In this document: piece by piece, positions 11,941-20,729 of the stretch
Layout: the number at the start of each line of letters is the position of its first letter
How positions within the stretch are numbered: position 1 is the first letter of the stretch
Source: Alphaproteobacteria bacterium
GTDB taxonomy: Bacteria > Pseudomonadota > Alphaproteobacteria > JAAXGF01
Reading direction: 5' to 3'
NCBI GenBank assembly: GCA_963555825.3
Contig: CAUVXB020000001.1
Location: forward strand, 352,001-416,000
DNA length: 64,000 nt
Made by a program: the position numbers and the translations under genes
The notes under the pieces: generated by a model
Told to the model about the DNA's origin: nothing
Databases searched by the model: none
What the model saw: only the letters and a program-made list of their open reading frames with translations

Positions 11941-12167
11941 AAGATTCGGTTATAGCTCGTCTGAAACCAGCGAGCCCATAAACGAACTCGAACCGTCGTC
12001 ATGCCTCGAGTCTGTCGGAGGACGAGGACACCCGCGCGACGTCATATTTCACACTGCAATCCTGAAAGACGCAAAGGCCCTGCTCGACGGCCCGACTTGA
12101 GGGATGGTGTGACAATTCCGGCTGAGTCGGACCCGATTTCCTTGGACACAGAATTGGCTTAATCGAA

Positions 12168-12599
12168 GTGTCCAAGGAGGACCGGAACATGACCGACAAT
12201 TTTGAGAACAAAGTTGCTGTTGATGGGCCTGTGGTAAACGAGGGCGAGCTTGGCTCGTCCACGTTTTCCCCGGGCCAGGTTTCGCCGGCAGGCCCTCTGG
12301 GACTTGGCCAGCGGTGGACGGTGACGCGCAAGCGTGAGGTTGCCCTGCGGCTTTTGCGTGGCGAGCCGGTGGAACTTTTGTCGCGGCAGTTGGGCGTGGA
12401 GATTTTCCGGCTCGAGCAGTGGCGTGAGAAGGCGATCGCCGGGATCGATGCCTCGCTCAAGGAACGCAAGGGCGATCCGGTGAAGGCGGAACTGGACATC
12501 GCCATGAAGCGGATCGGGGAGTTGATCATGCAGGTGGAACTGCTGGAGGCCAAGACGGAGACGTCCGGCCCTTTGGGGCGGCGGAGGTCGCGGCGATGA
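12168..12599 (+). CDS. IS3-family OrfA (HTH)
   Basis: RW...RKREVALRLLRGE HTH; ATGA overlap with OrfB. Confidence 0.85.
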   Translation: MSKEDRNMTDNFENKVAVDGPVVNEGELGSSTFSPGQVSPAGPLGLGQRWTVTRKREVALRLLRGEPVELLSRQLGVEIFRLEQWREKAIAGIDASLKERKGDPVKAELDIAMKRIGELIMQVELLEAKTETSGPLGRRRSRR

Positions 12600-13507
12600 G
12601 TGCCGCCACCTCTCCCGGCACGGGTTTGGCCTACGGCCTCCAGCGGGTCTGTGCGGCCTGGGGTTTTGCCCGTTCCTCGTTCTACGCCATGAAATCCCGG
12701 CAGCAGGCCACCGCTGAGCGCCCACCAGCAAAGCGCCGGGGACCGAAGCCCTCGATCTCGGACGAGGCTCTGCTGGTGGCCATCGAGGCCGACCTGGAGG
12801 CATCCCCCTGGGAGGGCGAGGGACACCGCAAGGTCTGGGCTCGGCTTCGGGTCTGTCGTGGCATCCGTGTTTCCCGCAAGCGGGGGCTCCGGGTGATGCG
12901 CGAGAACAACCTGCTCTCGCCCCATCGCTGCCGCCGCCGTGGCGGAAATCCCCATGTCGGTGAGATCATCACCCATGCCCCCAACCTCATGTGGGGCACG
13001 GACGGCGTTCGGGTGTTCACGGTGGACGACGGCTGGGGCTGGATATTCACCGCCATCGAGCATTGGAACGCCGAGTGCGTCGGCTGGCATGTGTGCAAGC
13101 GAGGCGACCGCTTCGCCGCCCTTCAGCCGATCTCCATGGGGCTTGCGAGGCTGTATGCCTCGACCTCCGCCGGTGCGGCGCGGGGGCTGGCCTTGCGGAT
13201 GGATCACGGCTCCCAGTATCTGTCGGACCACTTCACCAACCAGATCAAGTTCTGGGGCATCCAGCCGTCCTACGCCTTCGTCGAACAGCCCCAGACCAAC
13301 GGCGTCGCCGAGAGGTTCAATCGCACGCTCAAGGAACAGATCATCCATGGCCGCATCTACCGCAACATCGCGGAGCTGCGGAACGCCGTCCGCGGGTTCG
13401 TCGAACAGTACAATGCCCAGTGGATCGTGGAGAAGAACGGCTACCTGAGCCCCGCTCAAGCTCGTCAGGCGTGGCACACCGCGATGTCACTCAGGCCCGC
13501 CGCATGA
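12596..13507 (+). CDS. IS3-family OrfB integrase-core transposase
   Basis: WGTD, DHGSQY and PQTNGVAERFNRTLKE motifs. Confidence 0.92.
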   Translation: MSAATSPGTGLAYGLQRVCAAWGFARSSFYAMKSRQQATAERPPAKRRGPKPSISDEALLVAIEADLEASPWEGEGHRKVWARLRVCRGIRVSRKRGLRVMRENNLLSPHRCRRRGGNPHVGEIITHAPNLMWGTDGVRVFTVDDGWGWIFTAIEHWNAECVGWHVCKRGDRFAALQPISMGLARLYASTSAGAARGLALRMDHGSQYLSDHFTNQIKFWGIQPSYAFVEQPQTNGVAERFNRTLKEQIIHGRIYRNIAELRNAVRGFVEQYNAQWIVEKNGYLSPAQARQAWHTAMSLRPAA

Positions 13508-13577
13508 GACAAACTTGTGTCCAAGGAACCGGGTGCGATACACTCAGAGGTACGCTAGAAGAACAGAATTAAGATTG

Positions 13578-13642
13578 TCGGGTGCCAATCGGGTGCTAAT
13601 TCGGTATTTTGTTGCGGATGGCTGTAGCGTAAGTCATTGAAT
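13578..13642. promoter_or_regulatory. Putative integrase arm-type repeats and IHF-like site upstream of the tRNA
   Basis: Tandem TCGGGTGCCAA/TCGGGTGCTAA (13578-13599); TAAGTCATTGAAT is one mismatch from the IHF consensus YAANNNNTTGATW. Confidence 0.5.
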
Positions 13643-13650
13643 TTTAACAT

Positions 13651-13743
13651 GGTGGGGTGGCCGAGTGGCTGAAGGCGCCGGTTTGCTAAACCGGTATACG
13701 GTGTTGAACCGTATCGAGGGTTCGAATCCCTCTCCCACCGCCA
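13651..13743 (+). tRNA. tRNA-Ser(GCT)
   Basis: Acceptor stem GGTGGGG/TCCCACC, anticodon arm CCGGT-TTGCTAA-ACCGG, long variable arm, GGTTCGAATCCC T-arm, G discriminator and encoded CCA. Confidence 0.96.
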
Positions 13744-13942
13744 GCTAGTCCTTTGTTTTTGCAGAGTTTATCGGTAGGGATTCGAACTCTCGGTACATTC
13801 AAAGGGTTAGCGGGGCTTGCTGCGGTCCGTGCGGTACCGGGAGAGCGAACGGTCGGACGTCGGGGGGCGTTTGGGGCCGTTTTTCTCCGTCGCCGAGTTT
13901 GGTGGTACCGTTCAGGCGGGATGGTAGCCGGAATTTCCGGGG

Positions 13943-15667
13943 TCAGACCGGCCGGAATCGAAGGGCCGTCCGCTGCTCTTCCCATGAGACCGGCAGATCG
14001 ATACCGCGCAGTAGCATCTTGGCCGTGAGGTCGGGTGGCTGCCGGCCTTCGAGAATGGCTGCGACGATGTCGGGCGCGAGGAAGGAAAGACGCATGACCC
14101 GGGTGATGTAGGACCCGGTCAGGCCTTCGCGTTCGGTCAGCTCCTTGATCGATCGGATACGCCCGGACGTCAGCAGCTGCATCCAGTCGTGGGCGCGGTC
14201 GATGAGCTTGATCAGGACGGGATCAATGCGTCCCGGCGGCGCATCGGCGCTCCCTTCGATCACCAACTTGAGCTCGCTGCCACGGCGACGCAGGGTAAAG
14301 GGCACGGCGAGAGTGTGTGTGCCTTGGGGTGACGTCTCGGGACCCTGGTCGACCACGTCAAGCAGCTGCCGTAAGCCCGCTATGCCGATCTCCAACCGGA
14401 CGCAATCCTTCTCGAGGACGACCCGGCGAACAAGCGTGGTGATGATCTCGCGGCACCGACCGGGGGCTGCCGCTTCGAGTTCTCGATGGAGGCTCGCGGC
14501 GGCCCTGATCGTCTTGTCGATGTCGCCGGCTTCGAGACCTTGCAGGACGCCCATCAGTTCACCGTTATCGCCGAACAATCGCACGAGCCGGCTCACCACA
14601 ATGGCCTCGATCTCCCGCGCGGCGATGCGCTTGCCCTTGGTGCTGACGCTTGGATCGGGGGACCTGCCTCTGGTGATCAGCGACCGCTCGATGTAATAGC
14701 GGTAGCGCCGTCCGCACTTGACCGCATGGCTCGGCGTAAAGCGCTCGCCTTCGGCATCGAACAGCAGGCCTGCGAGCAGGCTCGGGTCCTTGGCGCCGTC
14801 GGCGTTGCGGCGCTTGCGCCGGTTCGATTCGATGACCCGCTGGACCTTCTGCCAAAGCGTATTGTCGATGATCGCGTCGTGCTCGCCCGGATAGACCTTG
14901 CCCTTGTGGACGGCCATGCCGATGTAGACCTCGTTCGCCAGCATGTGGTAGAGGGCGCCCACGGCGAAGGGCTTGCCGCCCCAACGCGTGCGCGTTTGGC
15001 TGATCCTCTCCTTGGTCCTGATGCCATCGGCGTCGAGCTCGGCCTTGACCTGCCGAACACTGCCCGTCTCGGCGTAACGGGCATAGATGTGGCGAACGAT
15101 CCCGGCCTCCCGGTCATTGATGATGAGGCGCTTGTCCCGGAGGTCATAACCGAAGGGCGGATGGCCGCCCATCCACATGCCTTTCTTCCTCGAGGCCAGG
15201 AACTTGTCCCGGATGCGCTCGCCGGTAACCTCGCGCTCGAACTGGGCGAAGGAAAGCAGGACGTTGAGCGTCAGCCGCCCCATTGAGGTGGTGGTGTTGA
15301 ACTGCTGGGTGATCGAGACGAACGACACACCGTGCGTATCGAGGACGTCGACGATCTTGGCGAAGTCTGAGAGGGAGCGGGTCAGGCGATCGACCTTGTA
15401 GACAACGATGACATCGACCTTGCCGGCCTCGATGTCGGCCAAGAGCGATTGCAGCGCGGGACGCTCGACCGTTCCGCCCGAGAAGCCGCCGTCATCGTAG
15501 GTGTCGGCGAGGACCGTCCAGCCCTCGTGGCGCTGGCTCTCGATGAAGGCTTCGCAGGCCTCGCGCTGGGCTTGGAGCGAGTTGAAGCTGAGCTCGAGTC
15601 CCTCCTGGCTGGATTTGCGGGTGTAGACTGCACAGCGCAGTCGACGCTGATCGTTTGGCTTCGTCAT
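13943..15667 (-). CDS. Large serine recombinase (resolvase + recombinase domains)
   Basis: CAVYTRKSS, DDGGFSGG..RPAL, VYKVDRLTRS and SFAQFERE motifs. Confidence 0.95.
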   Translation of the reverse strand: MTKPNDQRRLRCAVYTRKSSQEGLELSFNSLQAQREACEAFIESQRHEGWTVLADTYDDGGFSGGTVERPALQSLLADIEAGKVDVIVVYKVDRLTRSLSDFAKIVDVLDTHGVSFVSITQQFNTTTSMGRLTLNVLLSFAQFEREVTGERIRDKFLASRKKGMWMGGHPPFGYDLRDKRLIINDREAGIVRHIYARYAETGSVRQVKAELDADGIRTKERISQTRTRWGGKPFAVGALYHMLANEVYIGMAVHKGKVYPGEHDAIIDNTLWQKVQRVIESNRRKRRNADGAKDPSLLAGLLFDAEGERFTPSHAVKCGRRYRYYIERSLITRGRSPDPSVSTKGKRIAAREIEAIVVSRLVRLFGDNGELMGVLQGLEAGDIDKTIRAAASLHRELEAAAPGRCREIITTLVRRVVLEKDCVRLEIGIAGLRQLLDVVDQGPETSPQGTHTLAVPFTLRRRGSELKLVIEGSADAPPGRIDPVLIKLIDRAHDWMQLLTSGRIRSIKELTEREGLTGSYITRVMRLSFLAPDIVAAILEGRQPPDLTAKMLLRGIDLPVSWEEQRTALRFRPV

Positions 15668-16155
15668 GTGCCCCGTCCTGCCGGCGATCCGATTCGTGCA
15701 TCCGGCTTCGTGTTGTTCAGGCCGAAGAAGGCGGGCCCCGACCAGCGGGTGCCGGTGATCTCACGGGCGATCTTGGAAAGGCTGTCGAAGCGTTGACCAT
15801 GCCATTCGAAGTCCCCTTCCAGGATCGTCACCTCATGGGTCTCCCCTTTCCAGACACGGACCAGCCGTGTCCCCGGCTTGTAACTGAGCCGAACAATCGG
15901 GGCCGCCCCGCCGTTTTGCGTGAGGTCTCGCGCGAGACGCTTCAGCTTCCTCCGTAGCGCGGGCTTGAGCCCGCCCCGTGCCTCGGCCTGAACCGCGTAG
16001 GCGACGCCGCGCAGGAGGAGGTCGGCACCGAGGCGCTTGGGGGGAGGGTTGCCATAGTACCGATGCCAATGATCTCTCAGATCATCCTTTGAGAGGGTCT
16101 CCAGCATGGCGACTGCTTCGGCCAATGCCGCCGGTGACAGCTTCGCGCTTGCCAT
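15664..16155 (-). CDS. DUF2924-family protein
   Basis: PGTRLVRVWKG..H.V and SLSKIAREITGTRWSGPAFFGL motifs. Confidence 0.9.
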   Translation of the reverse strand: MASAKLSPAALAEAVAMLETLSKDDLRDHWHRYYGNPPPKRLGADLLLRGVAYAVQAEARGGLKPALRRKLKRLARDLTQNGGAAPIVRLSYKPGTRLVRVWKGETHEVTILEGDFEWHGQRFDSLSKIAREITGTRWSGPAFFGLNNTKPDARIGSPAGRGT

Positions 16156-16160
16156 CGGGC

Positions 16161-16637
16161 TTACGCCGCATCGGCGCGGTAGACCGTGGTGCCGGTGTCA
16201 CTCTTGCCGCACAGGACAGCGATCCCGCGCTTACGCAAGCCCGTGAGCGCCGCGCGGACGCTGTGGGGTTGCCAGCCGGTGGCCTTCGTCATCTCGGACA
16301 TAGCGGCGCCATCGGGGCGCGACAGGAGCGACAGGAGCTGCGCTTGCTTGGTCCCAGGGCGGATGGCAATGCTCGAAGTTGATCCGTTGTGCTGATTGCC
16401 TCCGCGTCGTGTTTGGCCGGCATCAACGCCGACAGCAGCGCGACCGGCCTTCGTGATGATCGGCTTCTTGTCCTTGCCTCGCTCGATGACGAAGCCCCGT
16501 TTGACGAGGCTGGCGAGCGTCGTCTTAAGGGCGCCGCCCTTGAGCGTGACGCCGTCGGGCAATGGCAGGATCGCGGCGCCACGCCGGGCGGACGCGGCCG
16601 TGAGAATCTTCTGCTGGTTGGGGGTGAGCTTCGACAT
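16161..16637 (-). CDS. DUF3489-family winged-helix protein
   Basis: RPGTKQA.L..LL.RPDGA..ATGWQPHSVRAAL motif. Confidence 0.88.
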   Translation of the reverse strand: MSKLTPNQQKILTAASARRGAAILPLPDGVTLKGGALKTTLASLVKRGFVIERGKDKKPIITKAGRAAVGVDAGQTRRGGNQHNGSTSSIAIRPGTKQAQLLSLLSRPDGAAMSEMTKATGWQPHSVRAALTGLRKRGIAVLCGKSDTGTTVYRADAA

Positions 16638-16789
16638 CGGGATCTCCGTTGGCATGTGCGCCGCGGTGATTGCGGCGCTTCCACCACCCAAAGCCCCGTC
16701 GGTGGTGCCGATCGGGGCGGCGGACCGGAGACGGTCCGCCAGAGGTCGTCACCCATGCATGCTTGCCGCTGCGGCGAAGTCCAGTCCTT

Positions 16790-17028
16790 TCAGCGTGATC
16801 GTGTAACCGACGTCGGTTCGTCGCTTTCGGGGGAAACGACGATGATCATCGTCTCGGCGATCGCCGTGAACCTTCTCGGGCACACTGAAGCCGCCGGGCG
16901 CAGGATGCATATTCCCGCGCCCGCAGTTCGGGCGATTGACCTTCGATGGCCGCTTCATGCGCGTCTTCGAGGACTTCCGTCGCCAGTGTGGACAGGCGGC
17001 GGAACAGTTCCTTGCGATCGTCATCCAT
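16790..17028 (-). pseudogene. Small hypothetical island protein, probably frameshifted near 16880
   Basis: MDDDRKELFRRL..LEDAHEAAIEGQS; a plausible continuation (TAIAETMIIV) lies in another frame; GAGG SD upstream. Confidence 0.45.
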
Positions 17029-17155
17029 TGGCCGCACCTCGTGATCGGCACGGCCATGCACGCTTGCCGGCGCGATGAAGTCAACGGCGATTCGGTGGGC
17101 AAGAAAAAGGGCGGCGGCCCCACGGAGGGCCGCCGCAATCGTTACTCGTACCGGT

Positions 17156-17575
17156 TTATTCCCGCTCATCCGCTTGCTTGGCTAATCGGGCTATTTCGGC
17201 GGCCATCCACTCTTCTACGCCCATCTGCTCTGGTATCAGCAGGACGCCACCTTGGGGCTGTTCGTCTTGCTTCTCGGGCTCGAGCCCGCCAGCTTGCCGA
17301 TAGAACGAAAAAAGAAGCTGGGTGGCTCTGGGATCACCTTTGAGCGCCTTGACGATCTGCGTGTGCAAGATTGCCTCCATGCGAGACATCCTGCGGGTTC
17401 GATCGCCTTCGCGCACGGTGATCTTCTCACTCAGCATCTCCTCGAACAGGGCCGCGGTGTTCTTTGACCCTTTGGGCCGGCCCTTCCGGTTACCCGATTG
17501 GCCGGGTTGGAACTGGGTGCCCTTCGGTGGTTTGCCGTAGCCTATTTCGTATGCGTCATTCTCCTTCTTGGTCAT
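17156..17575 (-). CDS. DUF5681-family protein (terminase-small-subunit-like N-terminus)
   Basis: YEIGYGKPP..TQF.PGQSGN.KGRPKG motif. Confidence 0.85.
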   Translation of the reverse strand: MTKKENDAYEIGYGKPPKGTQFQPGQSGNRKGRPKGSKNTAALFEEMLSEKITVREGDRTRRMSRMEAILHTQIVKALKGDPRATQLLFSFYRQAGGLEPEKQDEQPQGGVLLIPEQMGVEEWMAAEIARLAKQADERE

Positions 17576-17648
17576 GGAAAGTCTCCCTTTCCGGGGTAGC
17601 GGGCCGTTCGCGCCTGGCTGGGCGCGAACGGCCCTGGTTGTGCTCCTC

Positions 17649-18959
17649 CTATTCGGTGGCGCGATCCGTTTCGAGTTCGGCAAAGGTCTTGCCGGTCTCG
17701 GCGTGAGTCGCATCCAGTTTCGCTACTTGGTCGAGGCGCTTAACGATCGTGTCGCAATACTTGGGGTCGAGCTCGATGCCATACCCCTTTCGCCCGGTTC
17801 GCTCGGCGGCAACGAGAGTGGTGCCGCTGCCGGCGAAGGCATCGAGCACGATGCCGCCACGCTTAGAGCAATCGAGAATCGCGTCGGCGACGAGCCCGAC
17901 GGGCTTTACCGTCGGGTGTAGAGCAAGCTCTTCGTCACGACCCTCTCGAAAGCTGTTGATACCGGCATACGACCAGACGTTTGTCCTGTAGCGACCGTGC
18001 TTGCCGAGCTCGACGTTATTGATGTGCGACGCCGTGCCCGACTTGAAGACAAACACCAGCTCGTGCTGCGACCGGTATAACGAACCCATCCCACCGTTGG
18101 TCTTGGCCCAGACACAGAGGTTCTTAAACTCGGTATAAGCCTCTGTGCCGGCCGCGACGATCTCGCCTATGTGACGCCAGTCGATACATACAAAATGAAT
18201 GGCGCCGCCGACGCTTGCGTCGGCCAGGTTCGAGAACACGGTACTCAGAAAGGCCGTAAACTCGGCCTTCGACATCTCGCCCGCGGCCATCGCAAACTCG
18301 CGATGTTTGACCTTACCGAGCCCGCAAACGTGGCCGTCGATCGGCACGTTGTACGGCGGGTCGGTAAAGACCCTCTGCGCTTGCTCGCCGACGAGAAGCC
18401 GACCGTATGCGTCTGGGTCGGTCGCGTCGCCGCACAAGAGCCGATGCCTGCCAATCTGCCAGAGGTCGCCAAGCCGTGTAACCGGCGGCTCGGACTCATC
18501 GACCTCGGGCACCTCGTCGGCGGGGTCTTCATCCGCCACGACCTCGAGTTCACCGACCAGGATGTCGATCTCGGCAACCTCGAAGCCGGTAATCGTGGCA
18601 TCGAAGTCAATCTCGAGCTCGGTAAGGTACTGCAGCTCGAGTCCGAGGAGTTCTCGGTCCCAGCCCGCGTTCTCTGCGAGCTTGTTGTCGGCGATGACGT
18701 AGGCGCGAATCTGCGCTTCGTTCAGGTCATCGAGACAGATCACGGGCACCGTATCGAGACCGAGTAGCTTGGCCGCGTCGACGCGGCCGTGGCCGGCGAC
18801 GATGCGGCGGTTGCTGTCGATCAAGACCGGGTTGGTAAACCCGAACTCTTCGATGCTCGCGGCGAGTTGTCGAATCTGCTTTGGGCTATGGGTACGCGCA
18901 TTGCGATCGTATGGTTTGAGCGCCGCGACCGGTAGATGGTCGACGGCACGGTATTGCAT
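17649..18959 (-). CDS. ParB-like N-terminal domain fused to an N6A/N4C DNA methyltransferase
   Basis: N.RTHS..QI..LAASI.EFGFTNP..AGHGR; catalytic DPPYN; SAM-binding DAFAGSGTT. Confidence 0.93.
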   Translation of the reverse strand: MQYRAVDHLPVAALKPYDRNARTHSPKQIRQLAASIEEFGFTNPVLIDSNRRIVAGHGRVDAAKLLGLDTVPVICLDDLNEAQIRAYVIADNKLAENAGWDRELLGLELQYLTELEIDFDATITGFEVAEIDILVGELEVVADEDPADEVPEVDESEPPVTRLGDLWQIGRHRLLCGDATDPDAYGRLLVGEQAQRVFTDPPYNVPIDGHVCGLGKVKHREFAMAAGEMSKAEFTAFLSTVFSNLADASVGGAIHFVCIDWRHIGEIVAAGTEAYTEFKNLCVWAKTNGGMGSLYRSQHELVFVFKSGTASHINNVELGKHGRYRTNVWSYAGINSFREGRDEELALHPTVKPVGLVADAILDCSKRGGIVLDAFAGSGTTLVAAERTGRKGYGIELDPKYCDTIVKRLDQVAKLDATHAETGKTFAELETDRATE

Positions 18960-19019
18960 GGGCAACCTCCGAGTTTGTTGATCCGTACTCGGAGGAGATG
19001 GCACCGATGCGCGCAGCTT

Positions 19020-19487
19020 TCATTCAGAACAAATACGCCGCCTTTTCTGTGAAGAAACGAAGTTCGCCACATGGCGCCATGTATGGTTCGGGAATAGGCG
19101 TTTCGCGACCATGCGTGCGGCCCGCTCATGGGGCGGTCCCTGCCACCAGTCGGCCTCCCTGATGCGGGGCCAGCCCTCCAGACCGCACCGTCGCTTCCGC
19201 AGCTTCAGCCAATCGAAGTATCGCTCGTAAAATATGGGCACGAGGATCGCCCGAATATGCTCCGTAAGCTTGTCCGGCCTGCGCCCGCGCTTCTTGTCGG
19301 TCCCCGCCAAGCGAGCACACAAATGGTCGAACACCTTGTCGGGGATCGGTTCGTCTCGGTGACGGCGCAGCGCTTCGGCAAGCTCTTTGCCATCGACAGC
19401 ACCGTTTCTGGTGATCGTCACTTCCAAACTCCGATACGTCCCCCACGCATATTCGGCGTACATGCCCTTCTTGTTCGCGTCGGCCAT
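19020..19487 (-). CDS. Hypothetical protein (possible DNA-binding protein)
   Basis: 155-aa ORF directly after the XRE gene; KKRGR motif. Confidence 0.55.
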   Translation of the reverse strand: MADANKKGMYAEYAWGTYRSLEVTITRNGAVDGKELAEALRRHRDEPIPDKVFDHLCARLAGTDKKRGRRPDKLTEHIRAILVPIFYERYFDWLKLRKRRCGLEGWPRIREADWWQGPPHERAARMVAKRLFPNHTWRHVANFVSSQKRRRICSE

Positions 19488-19488
19488 C

Positions 19489-19704
19489 TTACGTCGCGAT
19501 GTCGTCGAGCAAGCAGGACGGTGGTACGTCGAGTGCCTTTGCGATCCTCTCAAGGACCAAGACGGTCGGATTGCGGACACCGCGCTCCACGCCGCTGACA
19601 TAGGTCCGGTGAACGCCGCATTCGAAGGCGAGGCCCTCCTGGGAGAGACCGCGTTCCTTGCGATACCGCTTCACGTTGAGACCGACCCGTTGCCGAATGT
19701 CCAT
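19489..19704 (-). CDS. XRE-family HTH regulator (restriction-modification controller-like)
   Basis: GLSQEGLAFECGVHRTYVSGVERGVRNPT. Confidence 0.92.
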   Translation of the reverse strand: MDIRQRVGLNVKRYRKERGLSQEGLAFECGVHRTYVSGVERGVRNPTVLVLERIAKALDVPPSCLLDDIAT

Positions 19705-19828
19705 CCGACGAGGGGAGCCGGAATGTGGACTCTTGGGCTACAGCCTATGAGTCTCTTTTTCCTGGACTTCCGGACCACGGCAAGTGATCACGGTGGGAGA
19801 TCAGTGATTCGAACCCGCGGAGGCGCTC

Positions 19829-20611
19829 GTGGACCCGATCGATCCCAGCATAATTCGTTACATCAAGCTCGGCGCCGGCGGAGGCTGGGCCCGGGCGTGT
19901 CTTGATCAGGGCGAGGTGCATTTTGGTTACGCAGCGGTACCGCACGAGATGTGCCTCGCCGGTGACTGGGAGAGTGTGACCGAGGTTCTCATGGAGAATG
20001 AAGGCCGGAGCCTCAGCAAGGCACGCGACGGTGTCCGAGAAATCCGCGACTTCTATACCTTGGGCGCGGATTGCCTTTGGGTCACGTTCGCGGACGGACA
20101 TCTCTGGTGGGCGTTCGCCGAGCCGGAGGTGACCTGGCTCGGAGGGGACGGTGAGGGGCAGGGCGTCCGCATGCGCAAGACCGTCGATGGCTGGTGCAAG
20201 ACCAACGTCGAGGGCACGCCGCTTAGGATCGATGGCCTGAGCACACGGCTCACCCAAGTCGCCGCATATCGCCAGACCATCTGCCGCGTGAAGGCCTCCG
20301 ATTATCTGCTCCGGCGCATCAATGGCATCACCGATCCCGACGTTGCGCGAGCCCGCGAAGTGAGGATCGAGATGACGGAGGTTGCCGCCAAATTGATCGC
20401 CGGCCTGCACTGGGCGGAATTTGAGACCCTGGTCGATCTCATATTCGCGCGCTCGGGTTGGCAACGGGTCTCACGCGTCGGTGGGACCCTCGCCGACGTC
20501 GATCTAATTCTCGAGCAACCGGTGACGGGTGAGACCGCCTTCGTGCAGGTCAAGTCCAAGGCAGGACAATCGGTCCTCGATGACTACATTGGTCGCTTCC
20601 GCCGCAGTGGG
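19829..20611 (+). pseudogene. Mrr-like restriction endonuclease, C-terminus lost at IS21 copy 2
   Basis: FE.LV..IF...GW..DVDL...VQVKS (D..QxK) motif; the frame runs into the IS21 end and no continuation is visible after the IS. Confidence 0.8.
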
Positions 20612-20729
20612 TGAGAACGGCAGAGCAATAATCCCCCACTGAAGCGGCCGGTCGATCCGGCTGCGGCGGACCAAAATGGGACCGCGTATAGCCTTCTGTC
20701 AGGGTTGCTCTGACTGGAAGGCGGGGGGG

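Larger units (their letters stand above)
8776..11958 (-). mobile_element. IS256-family element with a second IS nested in one terminal IR
   Basis: IRs GAGCTATTGTCAAAAGTTGTGT and (split) ACACAAGATTC|GGTTATAGCTC; 9-bp TSD GTCTGAAAC (8767-8775 and 11959-11967). Confidence 0.92.
12123..13542 (+). mobile_element. IS3-family element
   Basis: IRs TGAGTCGGACCCGATTTCCTTGGACACA / TGTGTCCAAGGAACCGGGTGCGATACA; no matching TSD. Confidence 0.88.

Noticed and set aside
12045-12100. FHTAILKDAKALLD, resembling the C-terminal tail of cyclase/ATPase-TPR proteins
   Set aside because: Under 20 codons with no supporting upstream sequence; at most a scar
13651-13743. tRNA as a suppressor, Sec or Pyl tRNA explaining the in-frame stops
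   Set aside because: The anticodon loop TTGCTAA centres on GCT (Ser); the CTA is off-register, and the 7-bp acceptor stem is canonical
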